DNA of 59,451 nt, the filler included, from Ionaspis alba (taxonomy: Eukaryota), in NCBI GenBank assembly GCA_964255285.1. It is 3 parts of 3 records of this genome, joined end to end, with 100 filler letters (N's around TTAATTAATTAA, not from the genome) between each part and the next. Parts side by side here need not be neighbours in the genome. Positions count along the whole stretch, not along the records: positions 1 to 19,783 come from CAXUUL010000257.1; positions 19,884 to 39,641 come from CAXUUL010000258.1; 1 more part is not named here. One strand, given 5' to 3'. Shown here piece by piece: positions 13,795 to 25,146 of this stretch. Below the pieces are notes generated by a model that ran no database searches, had not been told where the DNA came from, and saw only the letters and a program-made list of their open reading frames with translations. The first letter of the stretch is position 1. The number at the start of each line of letters is the position of its first letter. A program made the position numbers and the translations under genes.

Positions 13795-14021
13795 CGCCCT
13801 CTACTATACATTTGAAGCTCCAGCGAAAAGCTTCGGGACAAATCTTCGCGGAGCTATTCCGCCGTAACGAGCTTTTGCAGGGATCAGACCGCGATCTCAA
13901 GCGGGCCGCTGCACTAGCCCGAGACTCAGTAGGGTTCCGACATATTTACATCACCATCATCATGGTCACAAACGATTTGGATGGCAAGCCCTTCCAGCTC
14001 AAGTTTGTGAGAGCTGCACAG

Positions 14022-16796
14022 ATGATGATGTTTGCGAATATCGTCTGTAACCCTCCACTGGGTCAGACAACTGTTGTTCCCTATGAACAAGCTACAGTAC
14101 GTTTCAAGTATAGCTCGCTAACTGACATGACCGATCTAAATATATAGTAGGTGAATTTTATTGTTCTCATTGAATCAAGTATATCTTTTCCAGAACAACC
14201 TTGGGAAGCTGTTCTGTGGCATAACGCTGGCGAGGACAAGAAATGGGATGGTCTGCAGCTCGAGGAAGTGACTTTAGAAGAAGGTCCGGTATGCGAGTCG
14301 TCATTGCAAATTGAAAATGGTCACTGAATTACATTCAGCTGGCTGTTAGCTCCGAATGCCGACCGAAGGTGTATCGCCGTTATTTCACTGGGAAGATACC
14401 AAGATCACAGCACTCAGTCGAGTTCACCTTGAAGTTCAAGACATCGTCCAGTGATGCTTGGAAATGGGTCAATGATCAATCGCATCTCACCAATGGCGAG
14501 CTCTACTTTCAGGCTTCCGAACTCCCTACGCGACTGCAGGACTATTTCGATGATTTCACATCTTCTTTCACCGTGCAAGCAGCCAGGAGCGAAGTCCCGG
14601 ACGTTAAGCTCTGGTCACTCAAGCTAAAATTGCCGCTGGCCGACGACAAATCTAGCTTCTCCAACAACGTACTTGGTACACCGCTTGTGGTATCTAGATG
14701 GTTCGCTCTCATCAGACTGTGGAGTCCATGGCTGGCACCACGGCATGGAAAGAGCAAGTTCTCGGTATCAGAAGATGCTTTAATGTGTTCATTCCTTCGT
14801 CGAGACGGTCTTCACCTTGTTCTCTTAGCCATCAGTGGAGTTGATGATGTTCTCACCATCTTCAAACATGACGAGGAGGGCCACGTCGTTGTATCTTCGA
14901 GGAATGATAGCCCTGAGTCAGGTCACTCCAGGGTCATCGCCGCTGTGGGAAGATCCTTCGAAGAAGCAAATGCGGCGTGCATGTATCATGCACGGAAACT
15001 AGTTAGTGGTAGAGAATACATGAGCAAGGAAGTGCGCGATGCCCTTGCCAAGCCGGTTGATAAAGAGGCTAGAGCACAATACATGGAGAACTGGTACGAC
15101 GGATTGACCTATTGTACTTGGAATGGGCTAGGCCAGGATCTAAATGAGCAGAAGATTTTTCATGCGCTGGATGTTCTCAAACAGAATGATATCAAGATCA
15201 CCAACTTGATCATCGACGACAACTGGCAATCACTGGACAATCAAGGCAAAAGCCAATTCCAACGTGGCTGGACCGACTTTGAGGCAAATAAAGAAGGCTT
15301 CCCACGCGGCTTAGGCTATACCGTGACGACAATCAGGGACAATCATCCAAACATTCAGCATGTTGCAGTTTGGCATGCACTGCTCGGCTACTGGGGTGGC
15401 ATCTCGCCTACAGGAAACATTGCCAAGAAATACAAGACAAAGTCCGTGGAAAGGAATGCTGGAATCCCGAGCTTCATATCGGCGGGCAGTATCACCGTGG
15501 TCGATGCAGACGACGCTCAGCGAATGTACAATGATTTCTATCAATTCCTCTTGGATTCCAGGGTCGACTCTGTAAAGACCGATGCCCAATTCTTCCTCGA
15601 CCTACTCAGCGATGCCAAAGATCGCCGCCGTTTCACGAAGGCATATCAAGATGCATGGACAATTAGCAGCCTCCGCTACTTCTCCATCAAGGCAATCTCA
15701 TGCATGTCGCAGACTCCACCTATCGTCTTCCACACCCAACTTCCGACTGATAAGCCTCGCCAGATGGTTCGAAACTCGGACGACTTCTTCCCAGAGGTCC
15801 CTACCTCCCACCCATGGCATCTGTTCACGAACGCCTATAACGCCTTGTTGACGTCTCACCTCAACATTCTTCCAGATTGGGACATGTTCCAGACCTATCA
15901 CGAATACTCCTCCTTCCATGCCGCAGGACGTTGTGTATCCGGAGGACCAATTTACTTCACTGATGAACCGGGGAAGCATGATATCAACCTCATCAACCAG
16001 ATGACAGCCACAAGCGTAAAGGACAAAACGGTGATCTTGAGGCCAGAAAACATTGGAAAGACGATATCCTCAGAGGTGTACACAGCTTACGAAGAGGAGA
16101 GACTACTAAAGGTAGGAACCTATCATGGTGGAAAGGAAACAGGTACTGGTATACTGGGCATTTTCAACGTCAGCCTCAGACCGCTTTCAGAGCTTGTCAT
16201 GCTCGTGGAGTTCCCAGGCGTAGAAAAAGACAGGGAGTACGTAGTGCGCGCTCACAGTACAGGACAGATATCCAAACCCATGAGCCTGGACGAGAAAATG
16301 CCTTTCGTATCTCTGGAGATTCCAACCAAGGGATGGCAGATTCTTACTGCTTATCCAGTGCGGACTTTCACTTCGCTGGGAACTCGAAACGTTAAGAGCA
16401 GAGTAACCAAAGTTGCGGTTTTGGGGTTGCTGGGGAAGATGACCGGAGCAGCCGCTATAACAAGCTTGGATATCCACGAGGAGGGAGCGGGCAGAGTGAG
16501 AACGAGGTGCTCACTGAAGGCTCTGGGGATACTTGGTAAGTGCTTCTGACCATAAATAAACCACGCATTGAGCATTGATTCGGATTTCAGGCATTTACGT
16601 TTCCGATTTGCAAGATCGAACCGTCGAAGACAATTTCTTGATCACAATACTTGGCAAGACGATTCCGCTCCATACGGTCGTGAAGTCAAGGACCACGTTC
16701 TGCTTGTTGGAGGTGAATATTGAACAAGCATGGAATGAAATGAAGTTGGACAGCGGATATAGTAACGAGGTTTCCGTGGATATAGCTATGACTTGA
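14022..16796 (+). CDS. Raffinose synthase/Sip1-family (GH36) alpha-galactosidase-like protein
   Basis: Motifs CTWN, IIDDNWQ, VWHALLGYWGG, VKTDAQ, RNSDDFFP, PDWDMFQT, CVSGGPIY. Exons about 14022-14096, ~14150-14288, 14339-16535 and 16591-16796. Start is ambiguous among three tandem ATGs. Confidence 0.9.
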
Positions 16797-17506
16797 TGCT
16801 CGTATAAAATTTGCAATCGTGGATACGGGCTATGCATGGCATGTAGATAGTGCTAGAAAGCAATACACTTTGTGTTGATCGCATCGAGTGTTAGAGCCAG
16901 CCTATCGCTACAAACTGAAGTGTTTCGACAATAGTCTTCCGCTGTCTCAGTCTCGGATGCAGCAGAACAAGGACGTCGTAAGCTTTCCTCTCTATAATTG
17001 AAACATCCTGTTTGTCGAACAACGGAAGGATCAAGCCCACCTATGCGAACGAAATGAACGGCCGTAACAATACTACGTGGAGGGAAGAAATCCGCTTGAA
17101 ACGACGGCAGGGGAGGCAATCGCGCTACTAGCCTCATCGGACGGAACGCGGAGTGAATGTCCATCGAACAGGGCAGTCTACCCTGCACGCATGTGAAGCC
17201 CCCCAGCCTAACGTGTCAATCGACTTCAATTAACCTCCGCGCAGCGGGAACGCTTGATACAGCACAGTCTTACGCGGCTTTCGAGCAACAACTCCAGCAC
17301 AAACATCTCTGGTGACCGAGCGCTAGCTCACTGTCCGTCATTGCGGTTTGTTGGATCCAGAATCCACACCATCTTAAGGGATCCCCTGGCTCTCCAAGCC
17401 ATTGGACCTAATCGACCAATTCCCCGAATTCCCCGGCGAACTTCTTCATCATTGATACACAACACTCGCACTTGGATAGCAGGGCCTGAGGGCCAGAGAT
17501 CGTACG

Positions 17507-19783
17507 ATGAAAGCCTCACCGCTGCTCATATCGTGGCATAACGACAATGCTCCTATCTACTCGGCACACTTTGAGCCTCATGGAAAGGGTAGATTGGCTA
17601 CGAGTGGAGGTGATAATAATGTGAGATTATGGAAGGTTGAGGCCGATGGAGAAGATAGGACGGTGACGTATCTCACGACATTGATCAAGGTCGGTTCTTC
17701 TGTCTTGGGAATCACGAATATCTCCTGGCTGACTCCCACGTAGCATACCCAAGCGGTCAATGTTGTTCGATTCGCTCCAAAGGGTAGGCTGCTGGACGCA
17801 AAGACGGTTGAAACTCCAAATGCTAAACGGGTGAAGGTGAAATGCTTGCTACTGCTGGGGACGATGGGAATATCCTCCTTTGGGTACCTTCGGAAACTCA
17901 TAATCACACGCCAGTATTTGGAGAAGACGGACTTGAGGACAAGGAGACTTGGAGAGTGAAGCACATGTGCCGGTCATCAGGTTCGGAAATATATGATCTG
18001 GCTTGGTCACCCGATGGCGTGTTCTTCATCACTGGAAGCATGGACAACATTGCAAGAATTTACAATGCTCAGACTGGTAGGTTCAAAGAGAGTAAAGTCG
18101 TCGGGCTAAGACTGAAACACGACAGGACAAATGGTTCGACAAATAGCAGAGCACAATCACTACGTCCAAGGAGTGGCATGGGATCCCCTGAACGAGTTTG
18201 TGGCCACTCAATCCTCTGATCGATCCGTTCACATCTACAACCTGAAGACCAAGGATGGGCAATTCACTCTCCATCAGCACAACAAAATCACCAAGATGGA
18301 TCTCCCTGGACGAAGAATCTCTTCGAGCAGTCCAGCACCACCAGATATTGGATTAAAACCTTATACGAATCTTGATAGTCAATCCCTCGCACCAGGCTCT
18401 CCTGCGCCATCGGTACCAGGAACGCCAACATCTCTTGCTCTACCGATGAATCCTCCCGCTTCGTCGCACAGCAGACGATCGTCGTTTGGTTCTTCTCCTG
18501 CCATGCGGAGATCAGCATCTCCAGCTCCATCTATGCCGCTTCCTGCCGTTCGGCCAATGGAGAATTCTCCCAATCCTTATGGAGGCTTAGGCGTCAAAAA
18601 TGCCAATTTATATGCTAATGAGACTTACACATCTTTCTTTCGAAGATTGACCTTCGCTCCAGATGGAAGCCTTCTCTTTACTCCTGCCGGCCAATACAAA
18701 ACCACTCATCCCTCCATGACCGATGGTGCTAAATCAGTGGACGACGTCATCAATACTGTCTACATTTACACTCGAGCCGGCTTCAACAAACCTCCGATAG
18801 CTCATTTACCTGGTCACAAGAAACCGTCAATAGCAGTCAAATGCTCACCAGTGTTCTACACCCACCGTCCGACCTCAAAGTCCACAGTACAGATCACCAT
18901 GGACACCTCATCCGCTGACGAAGCAATCCCTGCTCTCCCGGACCCGATGGTTCCAACCTCACTTCCCAACTCCTTCTCAGCCATGCATCCTCCACCACCC
19001 TCAACAACCGCCATGCCCTCTCCAAGCGATATTGGCCGACCCACTTCCTCTCCGCGTGACCCTGACACCAACAGCGCTTCCAGCACCGGTCCCGCCCCCG
19101 CCTTCGCCCTTCCATATCGCATTGTCTACGCGGTTGCAACCCAGGACGCCATCCTTGTCTACGACACGCAACAACAAACACCCCTCTGCGTAGTCAGCAA
19201 CCTCCACTTCGCGACTTTCACAGACCTGACCTGGTGTGTTTTCCCCACATTCGCTCCCCTCCACTCCCTACCATCAACCCTTCTAACCCTCACCTTTCCA
19301 GGTCCTCCGACGGCACAACCCTCCTCATGACCTCCTCCGACGGCTTCTGCAGCACCATAGCCTTCACTTCCACCGAGCTCGGAACAATCTACACCGGCCC
19401 CGTCCCCACCTTTCACCACCCGCACTCCCTCGCAATCTCCGTCGTCTCTTCCGCTCAACCCTCTCCGGTCCCCACACCCACCGCCCCTGTCGCTCCTTCA
19501 GCTTCCAAGACACCAGTCCTAGGTCACGCAACGCCCATCTTCCCTCCGACTGCCGCTTCGCCCCCACCTATCACGTACGCCAGGCCCAACAGTCCGACAA
19601 GATCGAATTCCGCGAGCTCGGTCACCACGCAAGCGAGCTTTGTAAATGCGGTTGCTAGTAACCCCACGCCGATCGTGGGAAACGTGCCCGGCGTGGCGGC
19701 GGCTAGTTCGGGACTGCCGATGGTGACGCCACCGATGACACCTAGGGCGGGCGGAGGGAGTGGAATGGGTGAGGGCGGGGCGG
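17507..19783 (+). CDS. CAC2: Chromatin assembly factor 1 subunit B (WD40, Cac2/p60); 3' end truncated by gap
   Basis: MKASPLLISWHNDNAPIYS, RLATSGGDNNVRLW, HTQAVNVVRF, EHNHYVQGVAWDP, SFFRRLTFAPDGSLL, FTDLTW across several exons. Frame runs into Ns at 19784. Confidence 0.93.
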
Positions 19784-19883
19784 NNNNNNNNNNNNNNNNN
19801 NNNNNNNNNNNNNNNNNNNNNNNNNNNTTAATTAATTAANNNNNNNNNNNNNNNNNNNNNNNNNNNNNNNNNNNNNNNNNNNN
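19784..19883. other. Assembly spacer: 44 N + TTAATTAATTAA + 44 N
   Basis: The 12-mer at 19828-19839 gives stop codons in all six frames; total length is exactly 100 nt. Confidence 0.95.
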
Positions 19884-19931
19884 ATCGCCACTGGTACTGC
19901 ACGGTCTTTTCTGTCGAGATTGTGGCTGCCT

Positions 19932-22483
19932 ATGATGCTGCGGACTCAGCTTGCTCGGTCCGCTGCAAGGGCGGGCAGACATGCTCGTCCCATCGTGGCC
20001 AGATGTTTTGCATCAACGCCCCCGAGGCCCGCGGAGGTGGAGCTTACAGTTGGTGAGCGGTTCGACTGTTGTTAGCATTATTCGTGCTGATAGGTTCCAG
20101 ACGGTAGAAAAGTCTCCATTGAAGGTATACTAGGCGCGACCGGAGACGAACGCAATCGCTAACAAACCTCACAGCGGGTTCTGCTTTGATACAGGCGTGT
20201 GAGAAGGCTGGTGTCACGATACCTAGGTATGATTTCTATGGAATCTAAAGCACATTTGTTGAAGGCTGACCTCTGTACATAGATACTGCTACCATGAGTG
20301 AGTTTATGTCCATCACACTCCTACATAAGTAGTGGCTAATGATTCTCTAGGAAACTCATGATTGCGGGCAATTGTACGCCACTTGCACAGCTCTCAATAA
20401 GTAGTGACTAACGGCGTGTAGGTCGAATGTGCCTTGTCGAAGTCGAGCGAGCACCGAAGCCTGTAGCATCATGCGCCTGGCCAGTACAACCCGGCATGGT
20501 CGTCAAGACCGACTCTCCTCTCGCACACAAAGCCCGTGAAGGCGTCATGGAGTTCCTCCTCGCAAATCATCCCCTCGACTGCCCAATTTGTGACCAAGGA
20601 GGCGAGTGTGATCTACAAGACCAGTCAATGCGGTATGGTGCGGACCGCGGGCGATTCCATGAGATAACCGGCAAGAGAGGGGTGGAAGACAAGAACATCG
20701 GACCTTTGATTAAAACATCGATGAACAGATGTATTCACTGCACAAGGTGTATTCGCTTTGCCAACGATGTGGCGGGTGCTCCAGAACTGGGCTCGACCGG
20801 TAGAGGAAACGATATGCAGATAGGAACATACCTGGAGAAAAGCCTCGACTCCGAGATGTCTGGCAACGTCATAGATCTCTGTCCTGTTGGCGCTTTGACA
20901 TCGAAGCCATACGCGTTTAGAGCACGGCCGTGGGAGCTTGTTCATTACGAATCGGTAGATGTTCTTGATGGATTAGGGTCGAACATCAGGGTAGATGCGA
21001 GAGGCATGGAAGTGATGAGGATCCTACCTCGACTGAACGATGATGTCAATGAAGAATGGATCAACGACAAGTCACGATTTGCTTGCGACGGTTTGAAGAC
21101 CCAGAGACTTACAATACCACTAATTCGGAAAGACGACAAATTCCAACCCGCTTCATGGGAGATGGCCTTGACCGAAATTGGCCATGCCTTCGAGAAGCTA
21201 GCACCCAAAGCCAACGAGTTCAAGGCCGTTGCCGGTCACCTCGTGGAGACAGAATCACTGGTCGCCATGAAAGACCTTGCCAACAAGCTCAACTCAGACA
21301 ACCTAGCTCTAGACCAAGCCCAAGGCAGTCAACCCATTGCTCACGGCATCGACGTCCGCTCTAATTACCTCTTCAACTCCAAAATCTACGGCGTCGAAGA
21401 AGCCGATGCTATTCTTCTAGTTGGTACCAATCCCCGCCACGAAGCTGCCGGTCTAAACGCCCGTATCCGAAAGCAATGGCTTCGCTCTGACCTTGAAATT
21501 GGTCTCGTCGGTGAGCCCTTCGACAGCACCTTCGAGTTCGAGCACCTCGGCACCGACCCCGCAGCCCTCAAAAGAGCGCTTGCCGGTCCCTTCGGCAAGA
21601 AACTGCAATCCGCTCAACGGCCTATGATCATCGTCGGCAGTGGCGCCGTCGAGCATCCCGACGCCAAAATGATCTTCGAAACTGTCGGCGCTTTCGTAGA
21701 CAAGAACGCGGCCAACTTCCTCACCGCTGACTGGCAAGGCTACAACGTCCTCCAGCGGGCAGCCTCTAGGGCTGGCGCTTATGAAGTCGGCTTCGTGACG
21801 CCATCACCCGCCGTTGCTGCCACAACACCGAAAATGATATGGCTCCTCGGCGCTGACGAGATCTCTGAAGCCGATATTCCCAAAGGCGCCTTCGTTGTCT
21901 ACCAAGGCCATCACGGCGACCGTGGGGCCCAGCTCGCTGATGTTATTCTCCCGGGCGCTGCTTACACCGAGAAATCCGGCACGTATGTCAACACCGAGGG
22001 TAGGGTGCAGGTGACGCGTGCGGCCACCTCACTCCCTGGTGCCGCCAGAGATGACTGGAAGATTATCAGGGCGGTGAGCGAGTATTTAGGGGCACCGCTG
22101 CCGTATGATGATATTGAGGCGTTGAGAGATCGCATGGAGGAGATCAGCCCTGCGCTTCGAAGGTACGATATTGTGGAGGAAACGGGGATGGCCTCGTTGA
22201 GTAAGGTTCAGCTGGTGGATCAGAACAAGGGGGCGAAGGCGAGTGGGGAGCCGTTCAGGAGAGTGATTGAGGATTTCTACTTTACGGATGCGATCTCGAG
22301 AAGGTATGTGTCAATTTTTCCTTGCCTGTCGTAGGGAAGAACAGGGGCAAGAGAAGGCGTGCTAATTTATACGATAGTTCTCCTACAATGGCTCGATGCT
22401 CGGCGGCAAAGAAGACGGGGAATCCATTGACGAATTTTATGGCACCGGGAGAGCCGGATCCGCAGGTTGCGTATGGGAGCTGA
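19932..22483 (+). CDS. NDUFS1: NADH:ubiquinone oxidoreductase 75/78-kDa Fe-S subunit (NDUFS1/nuo-78)
   Basis: Presequence MMLRTQLARSAARAGR; micro-exons rebuild [24 protein letters not shown]. Also HPLDCPICDQGGECDLQD, RCIHCTRCIRF, DLCPVGALTSK. Last exon 22378-22483 (SPTMARCS). Confidence 0.97.
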
Positions 22484-22924
22484 AGAGATAGCCAGTAGAT
22501 TTGGAAGCTTGAGCGTCTGGAGCGGGATTCGTGTATTGTAGACATTTTTGTGTACATATTTCAATGCAGAGCAATACAGTCAGCCCAATCTAAAGCCATT
22601 TCTGTACAAACACGTTCTAGGATCTCGGACTTAAGGGATGCAATAATTCAAGTCAGGTATTGATATTGATCAAGTTTCCTCATATCGGTAGTACCAAAGT
22701 GTAGAGCATTCTATCTAGTATAGCATAAAATCCAGGAGCCATAGCACACCAATTCTAATGGGCTTGAACATTGGATGTGGTACCCAATAGCTGATCAGCA
22801 ATATCAGTACCACCAGCAGGAAATTATTACCCATGTCTTTTGTACTCCATATCCTTGCATACTCGTCCCCAATGCGTGAACTCCAAGTCCTAGATTTTAC
22901 GAATCGAAAAACTCCCCCGGCCCC

Positions 22925-24651
22925 TCATGCTCCAGCTTCCAGATCGCTCGGCCGCCATGTCTCCTCCTGCCTTGTGCCTGGCGGTAACCACACATCAGCA
23001 CGACTGCTAGTTCTCTGCCTTCCCGGCCCAGCCGCATCGGCTTTCTTCTCCTCGCCACGTACGTGCCCGTTGGCAACGCCATACAGCTGTCCCGAAATCA
23101 TACTGAGCGGTGTTTCCATCAGTGAAGTTGGAGGAATGCTCGGTAGTCTGTCGGTTGTCAATGGCAATAAGCTACCCTCGTGTCGCATCATCTCGAGTCT
23201 GGCCTTACGATCCGCTTTAGCGGCATCGCTCGTCCTGTCGTAGAGATAAAGGCCTAGAAATGTGAGCGCAATGCCTGCGGCCTGGACGGGCGTGGTCTTG
23301 TTTCCGAACCATATTACCGCAAAGACGATGATGAAGACACGTTTTATGAGGGATGCGACAGAGTAGGTAACCGGGGAGACCATGGAGAGGAGGATGAAGG
23401 CGAGGATGTTCTGTCCGAAATGGACGACGCCATTGAGGATGAATTCGAGCGTCAAACGCCCGTGATCCACTGCTGAGGGCTTGTTAGAGAGGTCGATGGC
23501 GCCGTCGGCGTAGACGTCCCGCAGGAGTGTGATGCCTTCGGACCAGAACCAGATAGGGAGGGTTAGTAGGAAGGCGAGGCCGGAGCAGTAGCAGAGGAGA
23601 TTTAATTTGTCGAGCTTTTTGGGGCGGAGGGAAGACGGATCGTCGGCTTCGGCTTGAGCAGCTTCGTTGAATAATTTTTTAGAGAAGATATTCTGACTGA
23701 CAAATATTAGGGCTGCAGCTAGGGCTTCTAGTATCCCAAGTAGATTGCCGGAAAATTCGACACTGCAGGCAAGGATAACCCCGAGGGTCAAGGGAATGAG
23801 AGAGAGGTAGGTGGCTTTGGAGTAGTGGGTGCGGAAGAGGAGGCGGTAGGCGAAGACAGTGAAAAGCGGGGATAGGCCTTTGATGGTGTGGACGAGGGAG
23901 ACCGGAATGTTGGACGTGGCGAAGGAGGAGAAGACGTGGCCGCCAAGTTGGAAGAAGGCGAGGGGGACGGTGGTTCGGATGACTTCTCGTGTAGGCGAGC
24001 GGATGCCGCCTTTGAATATGGGCATGAGATAGAGGAGAGAGGGGAAGGCCCGAGTGAGGTAGGCGAGGAAGAGACACCAGCCGCAGACGAAGGCGAATTG
24101 GATAAGAGTCAAAGTTATTGGTTTGGGGAACGCATTGAGGATGACTTTTGTGGAGGTGTTTGTTGCAACGGAGCTGGTATACCACAAGAGGCAATAACCC
24201 TAGCAAAAGAGGTCAGCACAATGTAGAGTTGAAGCATGAAGGTCCTTACGATCAATTGGTAGGATACTGGCGCTTTCAGCGCCTCCGCCAGCTCGTGAGC
24301 ATTGGCGCTAACGCTCCCTTTCCTTGTCCTTATAGTCTTGATCGCATCACTCAGACTTTTCTGTCTTCCGTGCCCTCCGTGTCTTCCGCCCGGTCCAAGT
24401 GCCTGCCCATTGCTCCACATAGAGTGATTTTCCTTTCGAGCCTGCCATCTCTCACTGTAGAGTGAGCCGTTCGCCTTTGAGTAATTGTTGGGGCTTGAGG
24501 TTCTATGTTCTGTCGCTAGTCTAGCAGCTCCCTCCTCGTATATTGTCAGGTGGTCTCTTGGGAAAGGATCAAAGTCCGGGAATTTTGTGTTTTCCGAGCG
24601 ATTGGACGAGGAAGACCATCGACGATCGGTGCTGGTCATGGTCTTGCTCAT
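22925..24651 (-). CDS. Triose-phosphate/nucleotide-sugar transporter family protein (SLY41/SLC35E1-like)
   Basis: Exon 1 is 24651-~24250; a short intron joins YQLI to GYCLLWYTSS. Family motifs IPVSLVHTIKGLSPLFTV, QNIFSKKLF, VSPVTYSVASLIKRV, with many hydrophobic segments. Confidence 0.9.
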
Positions 24652-25146
24652 GGCAATCTAGAACAGACGAGGGGAGCGTGCTGCAATTTTGTAGGGAATG
24701 TAAAGACGTCAACTCGATGAGGCGTCATCATCGAGACATTGGTGAGTACAGCGCTGCATTCACTGCCTGATGGCTGTGTCTTTGATCCGGATCTCTCGAG
24801 GGGTAAGGAGGTCGTCCAGATTCGGGGAGGAATCTGCTGAATGAAAAGAGCGCGCGGGAGGTAGAAAAGGGACACTGGAATCACAGGTCCTGCAGGTTTC
24901 CGTAGAGGGTCGATTGAGTCTGGTCGTACGAAGGTACTTCAGATACATCGTCTGGCTATTTGCGATTTGAATTGTTTCAAGTTGCAAATTATGCAAATAC
25001 ATCGCTGACGTTCCACGATTATTTCTCAGCCAATGATTGGGCCCATGCCGCGTAATGCTTGTGAATAAACCTTAGCAACCATGTTACCTACGACATTCTC
25101 AACCAAACCTGCCAGTGGATATTCATGAGGATGAAAGAATGCGATT

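Noticed and set aside
19828..19839. TTAA repeats as a piggyBac target site or regulatory palindrome
   Set aside because: Symmetrically padded by 44 Ns and repeated identically at 39686, so synthetic.
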